From assembly GCA_963779755.1 (NCBI GenBank), contig CAVZZO010000001.1, positions 1,945,650-2,009,649 on the forward strand: a stretch of DNA of 64,000 nt. Direction: 5' to 3'. Every line of letters starts with the position of its first letter. Position 1 is the stretch's first letter. The position numbers and the translations under genes are program-made. Below are positions 1 to 8,549 of this stretch, piece by piece. The DNA is from an uncultured Gemmatimonadales bacterium. Its GTDB lineage: Bacteria > Gemmatimonadota > Gemmatimonadetes > Gemmatimonadales > GWC2-71-9. The notes beneath the pieces are model-generated. The model ran no database searches. It worked only from the letters and a program-made list of their open reading frames with translations, and had not been told where the DNA came from.

Positions 1-2
1 TG

Positions 3-89
3 AGCCGCCATCTGGTCCTCTACCAGCGGTTGCTGGCCGGCGCGCCGCCCGTGGGGGTTGCCGATGCTTTAAGTCGGCCATCGCGTTAA
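3..89 (+). CDS. C-terminal tail of an upstream gene cut by the window edge, probably a glycosyltransferase
   Basis: Frame 3 reads SRHLVLYQRLLAG...SR* to TAA at 87-89. The 'LYxRLL' ending resembles the GT4 C-termini seen elsewhere in this locus. Confidence 0.45.
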   Translation, partial: SRHLVLYQRLLAGAPPVGVADALSRPSR

Positions 90-138
90 GTTTAGGAAGC
101 CGCTCGACCCTCGTTGGCGGGCACTTTGCCGGTAGACT

Positions 139-1743
139 ATGCCAGGACCACGGATTGCTGTCGAAACTCCACCTACTCAGCCCGCGATGACGGCCAGTCC
201 CCGTCCGGCCCTCCTGTCTTCGGAGTCAGTCCTTCCGCCCCCCCACGCCGTGCCGGTCGAGGTGCGGCTGGCCCTGCAGCGCCGCGCAGCGGGCAACTTC
301 CGGCGCCATCTCTTCCGGGCGGTTCGCCGGGTTGCCGTCCTGATGCTGGCGGATCTGGGCACCTTCGAACTGATGCGGGTGGCGCTCCGGTCCCTGCGCG
401 ATCAGGCCACCGGCGGCAGCGACCTGGCCCGGATGCTCCAGGTCACCCTGCCGACCGGCTACCTGGGCGGGTGGCAGTTCGCCGCCGCGCTGCTGCTGGG
501 GCTCTGGATTACCGGGAACTATGCCCCGGGTGACAACCGCCGCAGCGGGCGCCAACTGCTGGCCGGGTGCGCCTTTGCCGTGGCGCTGCCGCTGTGGCTG
601 GCGCTGTGGAGCGAGGGCGCATCGCTGGTCCTTTTCCAGTATGCGCTGACGGTGTTTCTGGTCTGGGCGGTCATCATGGGCGAACGGCTGCTGATCGACC
701 GGGTGGTGGCCCTGGTGCTGCCGGTGGAACATCGCGCGGCGCGCACCCTCTTCGTCGGGCCGGCCGCCGCCTGCCGCACCGCCATGGGCAACCGGGCCTT
801 CTCCCGGTCCCCCGATCATTTGGCGGTGGGATTCGTGGATCTCAGTCTCCCCCCTGCCGCCGACGCGCTGGGGTCGATCCCCGAGCTGCCGCAGGTGCTG
901 CAGCGCTCGCGGGCCGAGGCGGTGGTCGCCTGCGGGTACCTCTCCGACGCGCAGCTGCACGATGTGACCGAAATAACGCTGCTGGCCGGGTGCCAGCTGC
1001 TCTCGCTCCCCCGGACGATCAGCGTGGCAGGAGTGCAGCCGGCGGTGGTCTGGCGGCAGGGACAGCCCGTGGTGGAGCTGAGCGCGCCCAGCCTCAAGGG
1101 GCAGCAGTTGTTCATGAAGCGCACGCTGGATCTCCTGGGCGCCTCGCTGATGCTGGTGGTGGCATCACCGGTCATGCTGCTGGCGGCGATCGCCATAGTG
1201 CTGGATTCCCGCGGGGGTGTCTTCTTCCTGCAGGACCGGATCGGCACCGGGGGGCGGACGTTCAAGGTGTGGAAATTCCGGACCATGGTGTACGGCGCTT
1301 CGGATACCGTCCACCGGGACCTGGTCAGCCGGATGATCCGGGAGAACGATCCCGAGGCCGGGCAGGCCGCGGGCGACGGCCGGCCGGTCTACAAGCTGGT
1401 CAACGACGCGCGAGTGACCCGGGTCGGCCGCTGGCTGCGCCGCACGTCACTGGACGAGTTGCCCCAGCTCTTTAACGTTCTGAAGGGCGAAATGAGCCTG
1501 GTGGGGCCGCGTCCGCCGCTGCACTATGAGTTCGAGGCGTACGATCACTGGCAGTACGACCGGCTCCAGGTGCGCCCGGGGATCACCGGCCTGTGGCAGG
1601 TTTCCGGCCGCAACCTGCTCACCTACCGGCAGATGTGCGAACTGGACGTGGAGTATGTCCGCCAGTGGTCGCTGTACCTGGATCTCAAGATTCTCCTGCG
1701 CACCGTGCCGGTGGTCCTGTTCAACAGCGGCCGGGCGGCGTGA
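139..1743 (+). CDS. Priming polyprenyl glycosylphosphotransferase (WcaJ/WbaP-like sugar transferase)
   Basis: N-terminal TM helices, a CoA-binding-like middle domain, and a C-terminal Bac_transf domain with KRTLD, FKVWKFRTM, RTSLDELPQLFNVLKGEMSLVGPRP and PGITGLWQVSGR. Confidence 0.93.
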   Translation: MPGPRIAVETPPTQPAMTASPRPALLSSESVLPPPHAVPVEVRLALQRRAAGNFRRHLFRAVRRVAVLMLADLGTFELMRVALRSLRDQATGGSDLARMLQVTLPTGYLGGWQFAAALLLGLWITGNYAPGDNRRSGRQLLAGCAFAVALPLWLALWSEGASLVLFQYALTVFLVWAVIMGERLLIDRVVALVLPVEHRAARTLFVGPAAACRTAMGNRAFSRSPDHLAVGFVDLSLPPAADALGSIPELPQVLQRSRAEAVVACGYLSDAQLHDVTEITLLAGCQLLSLPRTISVAGVQPAVVWRQGQPVVELSAPSLKGQQLFMKRTLDLLGASLMLVVASPVMLLAAIAIVLDSRGGVFFLQDRIGTGGRTFKVWKFRTMVYGASDTVHRDLVSRMIRENDPEAGQAAGDGRPVYKLVNDARVTRVGRWLRRTSLDELPQLFNVLKGEMSLVGPRPPLHYEFEAYDHWQYDRLQVRPGITGLWQVSGRNLLTYRQMCELDVEYVRQWSLYLDLKILLRTVPVVLFNSGRAA

Positions 1744-1747
1744 GTGC

Positions 1748-1857
1748 ACGGCAGGACGGCAGGACGGCAGGACGGCAGGACGGCAGGACGGCAGGACGGC
1801 AAGACGGCAAGACGGTAGGACGGCAAGACGGCCAGGACTGGCGACTGGTGACTGGCA
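1748..1857 (+). repeat. Intergenic tandem octamer repeat (ACGGCAGG) followed by degenerate ACTGGNN heptamers
   Basis: Six perfect ACGGCAGG at 1748-1795, five variants (ACGGCAAG, ACGGTAGG, ACGGCCAGG) to 1836, then ACTGGCG/ACTGGTG/ACTGGCA. Confidence 0.95.
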
Positions 1858-1928
1858 AGTTTCGCGACTTATTTTCCGCGGCCGATAACTGATAGCATGC
1901 TCCCACCCACCTGAGGTCATAGCGCATC

Positions 1929-2972
1929 GTGCCACCACTGCGTGTCGGGGTCATCGGGTGCGGGTACTGGGGCCCCAATCTCGTCCGGAATTTTGCGCGC
2001 CATCCGGAGAGCCGGGTCAACGCGGTCTGCGACCGGATGCATGAGCGTGCGGCGCGAGCCGGCGCGGAGTACCGCGTTCCCCTGGTATCAGACGACCCGC
2101 AGGACCTGCTCAGCTCGCGGGAGCTGGACCTGATCGTGATCGCGACGCCCAGCTTCACCCACTTCGATCTGGCGAAGGCGGCGCTGGCAGCGGGGAAACA
2201 CGTGCTGGTGATGAAGCCGCTGGCGACGCGGGCGGAGGAGGCGGAGGAGTTGTGTGACCTGGCCGACCGCAAGGGGGTGCAGCTGGCGGTGGATCATACC
2301 TTCGTCTTTACCGCCGCCGTCCGGAAGATGAAAGAGCTGATCGACAACGGCGAGATCGGCGATCTCTACTATTTCGATTCGGTGCGGATCAACCTGGGCC
2401 TGATCCAGACCGACGTGAACGTGATCTGGGATCTGGCGCCGCACGACGTCTCCATCATGGACTACCTGCTGGCCGAGGAGGCGGTGGCGGTCTCCGCGGT
2501 GGGAGCGTGTCATGGCGGCAGCCCCACGGAGAACATCGCCTACATCCACGTGCAGTTCAGCGGCTCCCTGCTGGGGCACGTGCACGTCAACTGGCTGGCG
2601 CCGGCCAAGGTGCGGACCACCATTCTGGGAGGCTCCAAGCGGATGGTGATCTACGACGACATGGAACCCAGCGAAAAGCTCAAGATCTACGACAAGGGCG
2701 TGCTCATCTCCCAGGATCCCGGGCAGGAGAGTGAGTATCAGTGGATGATCCAGTACCGCTCCGGCGACATGCACGCCCCCAAGCTGGATGCCCGCGAGGC
2801 GCTGGCCACCGAGGTCGATAACATCATCCGCGCGACCCGCGGCCAGGAGCCGCTCATCTGCGACGGCCGGGCCGGGTGGCGGGTGGTCCGCATTCTGGAC
2901 GCCGCCCAGCGATCCATCGAACAGGGCGGGATCCGGGTGGCGGTCAACGGCGCCGGGATCTCCTCCCGCTGA
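1929..2972 (+). CDS. Gfo/Idh/MocA family oxidoreductase (WlbA/WbpB-like nucleotide-sugar dehydrogenase)
   Basis: Rossmann motif VGVIGCGYWG, plus HVLVMKP and WDLAPHD; lies in a polysaccharide locus. Confidence 0.88.
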   Translation: MPPLRVGVIGCGYWGPNLVRNFARHPESRVNAVCDRMHERAARAGAEYRVPLVSDDPQDLLSSRELDLIVIATPSFTHFDLAKAALAAGKHVLVMKPLATRAEEAEELCDLADRKGVQLAVDHTFVFTAAVRKMKELIDNGEIGDLYYFDSVRINLGLIQTDVNVIWDLAPHDVSIMDYLLAEEAVAVSAVGACHGGSPTENIAYIHVQFSGSLLGHVHVNWLAPAKVRTTILGGSKRMVIYDDMEPSEKLKIYDKGVLISQDPGQESEYQWMIQYRSGDMHAPKLDAREALATEVDNIIRATRGQEPLICDGRAGWRVVRILDAAQRSIEQGGIRVAVNGAGISSR

Positions 2973-2977
2973 CGCGG

Positions 2978-3478
2978 ATGGCACCGGCGGACGACGATGC
3001 GCGGCTCTGCCGGATCGCGCCGGACGTGAAGCTGGGGCGCGGGGTGCGCCTCTACGCCTTCGTCAACCTCTACGGCTGCCAGATCGGCGACGACACCTCC
3101 ATCGGTACGTTCGTCGAAATCCAGAAGGGCGTGCGGATCGGCGCCCGCTGCAAAATCCAGAGCCACACGTTCATCTGCGAAGGCGTCACGATCGAAGACG
3201 AGGTCTTCGTCGGCCACAACGTCAACTTCATCAACGACCGGTTCCCCCGGGCAGCCAATCCCGACGGGTCCCGCCAGACCGAGGTCGACTGGGCGGTCGA
3301 GCCGACGGTGGTCCGCCGCGGCGCGTCCATCGGGACTGGGGCCGTGCTGCTGGGCGGGATCACCGTCGGCGCGGGCGCGCTGGTGGGAGCCGGCGCGGTA
3401 GTGACCCGCGATGTCCCCGCGGGCGCGACGGTGGTGGGCAACCCCGCGCGGGTGGTGGAGCGGGAGGGCCCGGCCTGA
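2978..3478 (+). CDS. Hexapeptide-repeat N-acetyltransferase (WlbB/WbpD-like)
   Basis: LbH repeats (IGDDTSIG, IGARCKIQ, IEDEVFVG, VGAGALVGAGAVVTRDVP...VGNPAR). ATG at 2978 is 5 nt after the upstream stop. Confidence 0.9.
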   Translation: MAPADDDARLCRIAPDVKLGRGVRLYAFVNLYGCQIGDDTSIGTFVEIQKGVRIGARCKIQSHTFICEGVTIEDEVFVGHNVNFINDRFPRAANPDGSRQTEVDWAVEPTVVRRGASIGTGAVLLGGITVGAGALVGAGAVVTRDVPAGATVVGNPARVVEREGPA

Positions 3479-4707
3479 GCGTCTTCGCCCCGCAACCGCT
3501 GGCGGAGCTCTGGGGCCTGCAGCCGGCGCGCTCCGCCATCCCGCCCTCCGGGGCCGTGCTGCCGCTGGGGCGGCACGGCAGCGTGCTCGATCTGGGGGGC
3601 GGCGAATCCCTCGAGACCAGCGGAGGGGTGATCGTCAGGCTGCCGGCGCCGGGCGGCGCGGACGCCCCGCTCCTGAACGATCTCGAGGCGGCGGCCCGCT
3701 ACGTACTCTCCGAAGCCTATCGAGGCGAGCACCCTGCGGAACCTTCCTGGCTGCTTCGGGCCTATTACCGGTTGCGGCCGCTGATGCCCCGGCCGGTGCA
3801 GCTCATGCTGCGGCGCCGGCACGCGCGCGGGCGGGCGGCGCGGGCCTGGCTCGGCTGGCCGGTGGATGGGCGGTGGGTGGCGCTGGCGGAATCGTGGCTG
3901 TTTCTGCGGCTGGGCGCGGCGGTCGAGGTGAAGGTGTTGCGCGCGTGGCCCGAACCGTTTCGCGCTGCCGCCGCCCTGACCCACGACGTCGAAGGCAGCG
4001 AAGGGCAGGCGCGCTGCCTGGAGGTAGCCGCGCTGGAGGAGCGCTACGGCTTCCGCAGCTGCTTCAACTTCGTGGCGGAACGCTATCCCCTCGACCAGGG
4101 CGTGATGGATGAGCTGCGGGCGCGGGGCCACGAAATCGGGCTGCACGGTATCCGGCACGACGGCCGCAAATTCAGCAGCCGGTCCATCTTCGAGGAGCGG
4201 GTGCAGGCGATGCGGCGCTATCGTGACGCCTGGCGGGTCGAGGGGTTCCGCTCGCCCGCCACGCACCGGCGCTGGGACTGGATGCCCGAGCTTCCCTTTG
4301 CCTACGACAGTTCGTTTCCCGACACCGACCCCTACGAGCCGATTCCCGGTGGTTGCGGCAGCCCCTGGCCCTTCCGCCTGGGGGACCTGATCGAGTTGCC
4401 CATCACCCTGCCGCAGGACCACACCGTCTGGGAGATTCTGCGGCAGCCCGCGCTTCCGCTCTGGCTGGCGAAAGTGGACTGGCTGCGGCAGGTGCGCGGC
4501 CTGGCGACGATTATCGTGCACCCGGACTATCTCAGCCGGCGGGAACGGTGGGAGGAGTACGAGGCGTTCCTGGCCGGGCTGGCCGGCCGGCAGGAGGTCT
4601 GGGTTGCGCGGGCCGGGGACATCGCCCGCTGGTGGCGGGAGCGGCGCGAGCGGCAGCGGGCGACCCGGGTACGGGAGGGATCGGTATGGCGTATCCACTT
4701 CGCCTGA
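3475..4707 (+). CDS. Polysaccharide deacetylase-like (NodB/CE4 fold) protein
   Basis: Motifs ALTHDVE, HEIGLHGIRH, GFRSPA, YDSS, ELPITLPQD, IVHPDY. Start uncertain: the CTG overlapping the upstream TGA was taken. Confidence 0.75.
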   Translation: MSVFAPQPLAELWGLQPARSAIPPSGAVLPLGRHGSVLDLGGGESLETSGGVIVRLPAPGGADAPLLNDLEAAARYVLSEAYRGEHPAEPSWLLRAYYRLRPLMPRPVQLMLRRRHARGRAARAWLGWPVDGRWVALAESWLFLRLGAAVEVKVLRAWPEPFRAAAALTHDVEGSEGQARCLEVAALEERYGFRSCFNFVAERYPLDQGVMDELRARGHEIGLHGIRHDGRKFSSRSIFEERVQAMRRYRDAWRVEGFRSPATHRRWDWMPELPFAYDSSFPDTDPYEPIPGGCGSPWPFRLGDLIELPITLPQDHTVWEILRQPALPLWLAKVDWLRQVRGLATIIVHPDYLSRRERWEEYEAFLAGLAGRQEVWVARAGDIARWWRERRERQRATRVREGSVWRIHFA

Positions 4708-4714
4708 GCACGCG

Positions 4715-5779
4715 ATGAGCGGCGACGGGCTGGTCCGGCGGGGGCGGCTGCCCTGGCGCCATCTCGCGTTCTTCGGCTGGATGCCGGGGCCGCTCAAGCG
4801 CTGGTGCTATCGGCACCTGCTGGGCTACCGGATCGGCCGCGGGGTCGAGCTGGGCTTCGGCTCGGCGGTGGTGGGGCAGGAGGTCGAACTGGGCGACGGG
4901 GTGTCAATCGGCTTTCTGACCATCGTGCGCGGCCGGCAGATCCGGATCGGCCGGCATACCCAGATCGGCGCCACCAGCTATCTCCTCTGTGAGCGCATCG
5001 AGATCGGCGAGGACGCGAAGATCAACGAGCAGGTATTCGTGGGCGGTCCCATGCTGCCGGATTCGCTCTTCCGGCTGGGCAGCCGCACCATCGTGATGCA
5101 GATGGCCTTTCTCAACCCGACGCGCCCCCTGGTGATCGGGGATGACAGCGGCATTGGCGGTCACTGTCTCATCTTCACCCATGGGTCGTGGCTCAATGTG
5201 CTGGACGGCTACCCGGTGTCCTTCGAGCCGGTGACGATCGGCGAGAGCGTCTGGTTGCCGTGGCGAGTCTTCGTCATGCCGGGCGCGACCATCGGCGATG
5301 GCAGCGTGATCGGCGCCAACTCCCTGGTGCAGGGTGACATTCCGCCCTCCAGCCTGGCCGTGGGGTCGCCCGCGCGGGTCATCCGGTCGGCGCCGGAGTT
5401 CCCCCCTCGGCCCGACGAGCGCCGCCGCCGGCAGCTGGTGGACACGATGATCGGCGCGTTCGACGAGTATGTGGCGCGCAACGGCGTGCAACGCGAGGGC
5501 CGGCGCTACCGGGCGGAGGGCCGGGAGTACACGCTCCTGTGGCGGCGGGAGCCGGCCCCGCTGCCGCCCGCGCTCACGGCCGGGACGCTGCTGCTGACGG
5601 AGGTCCCGCTCAGCGAGGCAGAGAAGGACATCTTGCGGCGGCAGCATGCCAGCTGGCTGGACCTGGCCGGCCGGAGCCGGAGCGAGCACGGCAACCGCCT
5701 GTGCGAAGAGCTGGCGCTCTTTCTCTCGCGCTACGGCATCCGCTTGCCGCGGGACGGCGGCCCGGGCCCCGGCCGATGA
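4715..5779 (+). CDS. Hexapeptide-repeat acyltransferase with C-terminal extension
   Basis: Many LbH repeats and PVTIGESVWL...GATIGDGSVIGANSLV...LAVGSPARV. ATG at 4715. Confidence 0.82.
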   Translation: MSGDGLVRRGRLPWRHLAFFGWMPGPLKRWCYRHLLGYRIGRGVELGFGSAVVGQEVELGDGVSIGFLTIVRGRQIRIGRHTQIGATSYLLCERIEIGEDAKINEQVFVGGPMLPDSLFRLGSRTIVMQMAFLNPTRPLVIGDDSGIGGHCLIFTHGSWLNVLDGYPVSFEPVTIGESVWLPWRVFVMPGATIGDGSVIGANSLVQGDIPPSSLAVGSPARVIRSAPEFPPRPDERRRRQLVDTMIGAFDEYVARNGVQREGRRYRAEGREYTLLWRREPAPLPPALTAGTLLLTEVPLSEAEKDILRRQHASWLDLAGRSRSEHGNRLCEELALFLSRYGIRLPRDGGPGPGR

Positions 5780-7311
5780 CCGGAGGAACCGTCCCACGCC
5801 GGGCTGCCGCCCTGCTGGCCCTGCTCTGGCTGGCCGGGTGCCGCGATCTCACCCCACCGAAGACGCCGGAAGGATCGGTGCTGCTTCCCTCCGCGCCCGC
5901 CCACGTCTTCTCGGCGTTGGCCGACACGCTGCAGCTGCGACCCCTGGCCTTCGATGACCGGGGTTGGCTGGCGGTCGATGCGCGTTTTTCATTTGCCAGC
6001 AGCGACACCTCGGTGGCGCGGGTGTCTCCCCGCGGGCTGGTTCGCGCCGTGGGCAATGGCTCGGCCCTGGTGGTCGCCGCCGTGCAGGGCCGGGCAGCCG
6101 CCGGCAGCCTGAGCGTGGTCGTGCGGCAGAAAGCCGACTCGCTCGCCGTGGCCCTGAGTGATACGTCTTCCATTCTCACCCTCGATGCCGGCGATCCGGT
6201 TCCACTGGTTTGCCAGGCCTGGGACCATAACCGGATGCCGCTGCAGTTTCCGCTGCCGGTGGAGAGCGCGACCGGAGTGGTTCCGGCCGGCTCGTGCGAC
6301 GGTCTGCCGGCGCTCCGGTCCGGGCTGGATACCCTGACGGTCGCCGCCGGCTCCCTGTCGGTGGCGCTGCCCCTGGCCGTGGCGCTGGCGCCGGTGGTGG
6401 ACGTTCCCGATGCCTATCCGGTGCCGGTGGACGTTCCGCCCGCCGGGCAGCGCCCCTGGGCCCCGACCCTGGTGCGGAGCAGCCGGGGCACGCTGGATCT
6501 CTATTTCGGCAACTACGCGCCCGACTCCACCTCGGTGATCGGGGCGCGGGGCGATCTGGCCCGCTACGTCTCCCAGGACGGGGGGGCCAGTTTCCAGTAC
6601 GACGGAACCATGCTGGCCCGCGACAGCGTTCCCTGCAGCCCCAACGGCGACGGCATCGAGAACATCGCCATCGCGCCCCGCCCGGACGGCGTGGGCTATC
6701 GCATGTTCTACAGTTCCGGCGGTTTCACCTGCTACGGCTGGCAGGTCTTCTCGGCCGTGTCGACCGACGAGCGCACCTGGACGCGCGAGCCCGGGGTGCG
6801 GCTGAGCAACGGCGGGCCGCTGCCGCCCGATCCGCCGGCGGGCCCCTACCGGCCGACCGGCGAGGGCATGATCATCGACCAGCTGCCCTCGGGCGAGTGG
6901 CGGATGATCTCGGGCACGGTGGTCCCCGGCTCGGCCAGCGGCAAGTTCGCGATCACCGAATGGCGCTCCCCCGATCAACTGGCCTGGACCTACCTGCGGA
7001 CCCTGCTGACCACCGACGACCTGGGCCCCGGGGCGGAGCGGTCGGTCTACAGCCCGACCATCCGCGAGTTCGCGCCGGGCCTGTACCGGATGCTTTTCAC
7101 CGGCGATAATCGTGACGTCCCGGGCGGCCTGAGCCGTATCTACTCCGCCGTCAGCCTCGATATGGTACACTGGAAGGTGGAGGGGGTGCTTCTGCAGAGT
7201 TCCACCGCCAACCTCTACTACAGCAGCCTGGTGGACGACCTGCTGGTGCTGATCCGGCAGAACCCGGGCGTGCCGGTGTACTTGGCGATGGCCAGGGTGG
7301 AGATGCGATGA
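5776..7311 (+). CDS. Lipoprotein with an Ig-like (Big_2) domain and a C-terminal glycoside-hydrolase-like beta-propeller
   Basis: Lipobox LAGC; Ig motif FASSDTSVARVSPRGLVRAVGNG; repeated blade motifs (YRMFYS, SAVSTDERTW, YRMLFTG, SAVSLDMVHW). ATGA overlap with the upstream gene. Confidence 0.65.
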   Translation: MTGGTVPRRAAALLALLWLAGCRDLTPPKTPEGSVLLPSAPAHVFSALADTLQLRPLAFDDRGWLAVDARFSFASSDTSVARVSPRGLVRAVGNGSALVVAAVQGRAAAGSLSVVVRQKADSLAVALSDTSSILTLDAGDPVPLVCQAWDHNRMPLQFPLPVESATGVVPAGSCDGLPALRSGLDTLTVAAGSLSVALPLAVALAPVVDVPDAYPVPVDVPPAGQRPWAPTLVRSSRGTLDLYFGNYAPDSTSVIGARGDLARYVSQDGGASFQYDGTMLARDSVPCSPNGDGIENIAIAPRPDGVGYRMFYSSGGFTCYGWQVFSAVSTDERTWTREPGVRLSNGGPLPPDPPAGPYRPTGEGMIIDQLPSGEWRMISGTVVPGSASGKFAITEWRSPDQLAWTYLRTLLTTDDLGPGAERSVYSPTIREFAPGLYRMLFTGDNRDVPGGLSRIYSAVSLDMVHWKVEGVLLQSSTANLYYSSLVDDLLVLIRQNPGVPVYLAMARVEMR

Positions 7312-7403
7312 AAGAGAAACGGACCGAGGGCTGAGAAAAGTGCCGGGCCGGGATTAGGTTTGCAGCCGCAGATACCTGTTCACTTCCTGGTGGGAGCCGT
7401 GTC

Positions 7404-8528
7404 GTGACTTCGGGTGCAACTCCGGCCTCCGTGCCGTTTCTCGACCTTGTTTCGCAGCACCGGGCTCTGGAGGAGGAGCTGGTGGCCGCGTTTCGCGCCG
7501 CCGTGCGGTCGGCGGCCTTCGTGGGGGGGCCGGAAGTCGAAGGATTCGAGCGCGAGTTTGCCGCCTATACCGGCTGTCCCGCGGCCGTAGGCGTGAACAG
7601 CGGCACCGATGCGCTTCGATTCGCCCTCATGGCCATGGGGCTGCGCCAGGGCGACGAGGTCATTACCGCGCCCCATACATTCATTGCCACCACCGAAGCC
7701 ATTACCCAGGCCGGTGGCCTCATCCGGTTCGCCGACATCAGCCGCGACAGCATGACGCTGGATCCGGTCGCGCTCGCGTCTGCCGTAACCCCGCGGACGG
7801 TCGGCATCGTACCGGTGCACCTCTACGGACATCCGGCCGACATGCAGGCGATCGCGGCGATCGCCGAACGGCATGGGCTGTGGATTGTCGAGGATGCCGC
7901 GCAGGCGCACGGGGCGCACTATCGGGGCCGGCCCGCCGGCTCGCTGGGCGCGCTGGCGGCATTCAGCTTCTACCCCGGCAAGAACCTGGGCTCGTGCGGG
8001 GAAGGGGGGGCGGTCACCGGCAGTGCACCGGAGCGGCTGGAGATCGTACGCCAGCTGCGGGAACACGGCCAGCGGGAGAAGTACTACCACGTGACGGAGG
8101 GGTACAACGGGCGCCTGCATGCCATCCAGGCGGCGGTGCTGCGGATCAAGCTGCCCCATCTGGAACACTGGATCGAAGGACGCCGCCGGGCGGCGGCGTG
8201 GTACCGCGAGGCCCTGGGCGACCTCCCGGAGGTGGAGCTGCCCGCCGAGGCGGGCGAGGTCCGGCACGTCTATCACCTCTATGTCATTCGCACCGACCAC
8301 CGCGACGCGTTACAGGCCCACCTGCGGCAACAGGGGATCGGCACCGGGCTGCACTATCCCGTGCCCCTGCATCTGCAGGAGGCCTATGCCGGGATGGGGC
8401 TCGGCCCCGGAGCTTTTCCCGTGGCGGAGGACGCCGCCGCGCGCGGGCTGAGCCTGCCCATGTTCCCCGAGCTGACCCGATCACAGGTCGAGCGTGTCGC
8501 TACAGCCATCCGTGCCTTCTTCCGCTAA
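7404..8528 (+). CDS. DegT/DnrJ/EryC1/StrS PLP-dependent aminotransferase
   Basis: Motifs VPFLDL, NSGTDAL, PVHLYG, EDAAQAHGA, and SFYPGKNLG (PLP lysine). Confidence 0.95.
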   Translation: MTSGATPASVPFLDLVSQHRALEEELVAAFRAAVRSAAFVGGPEVEGFEREFAAYTGCPAAVGVNSGTDALRFALMAMGLRQGDEVITAPHTFIATTEAITQAGGLIRFADISRDSMTLDPVALASAVTPRTVGIVPVHLYGHPADMQAIAAIAERHGLWIVEDAAQAHGAHYRGRPAGSLGALAAFSFYPGKNLGSCGEGGAVTGSAPERLEIVRQLREHGQREKYYHVTEGYNGRLHAIQAAVLRIKLPHLEHWIEGRRRAAAWYREALGDLPEVELPAEAGEVRHVYHLYVIRTDHRDALQAHLRQQGIGTGLHYPVPLHLQEAYAGMGLGPGAFPVAEDAAARGLSLPMFPELTRSQVERVATAIRAFFR

Positions 8529-8549
8529 CCCCAGGCCGGCAGGCCCGGC

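Noticed and set aside
1748-1857. Possible CRISPR array
   Set aside because: The units are 8 bp and contiguous with no unique spacers, and there are no cas genes.
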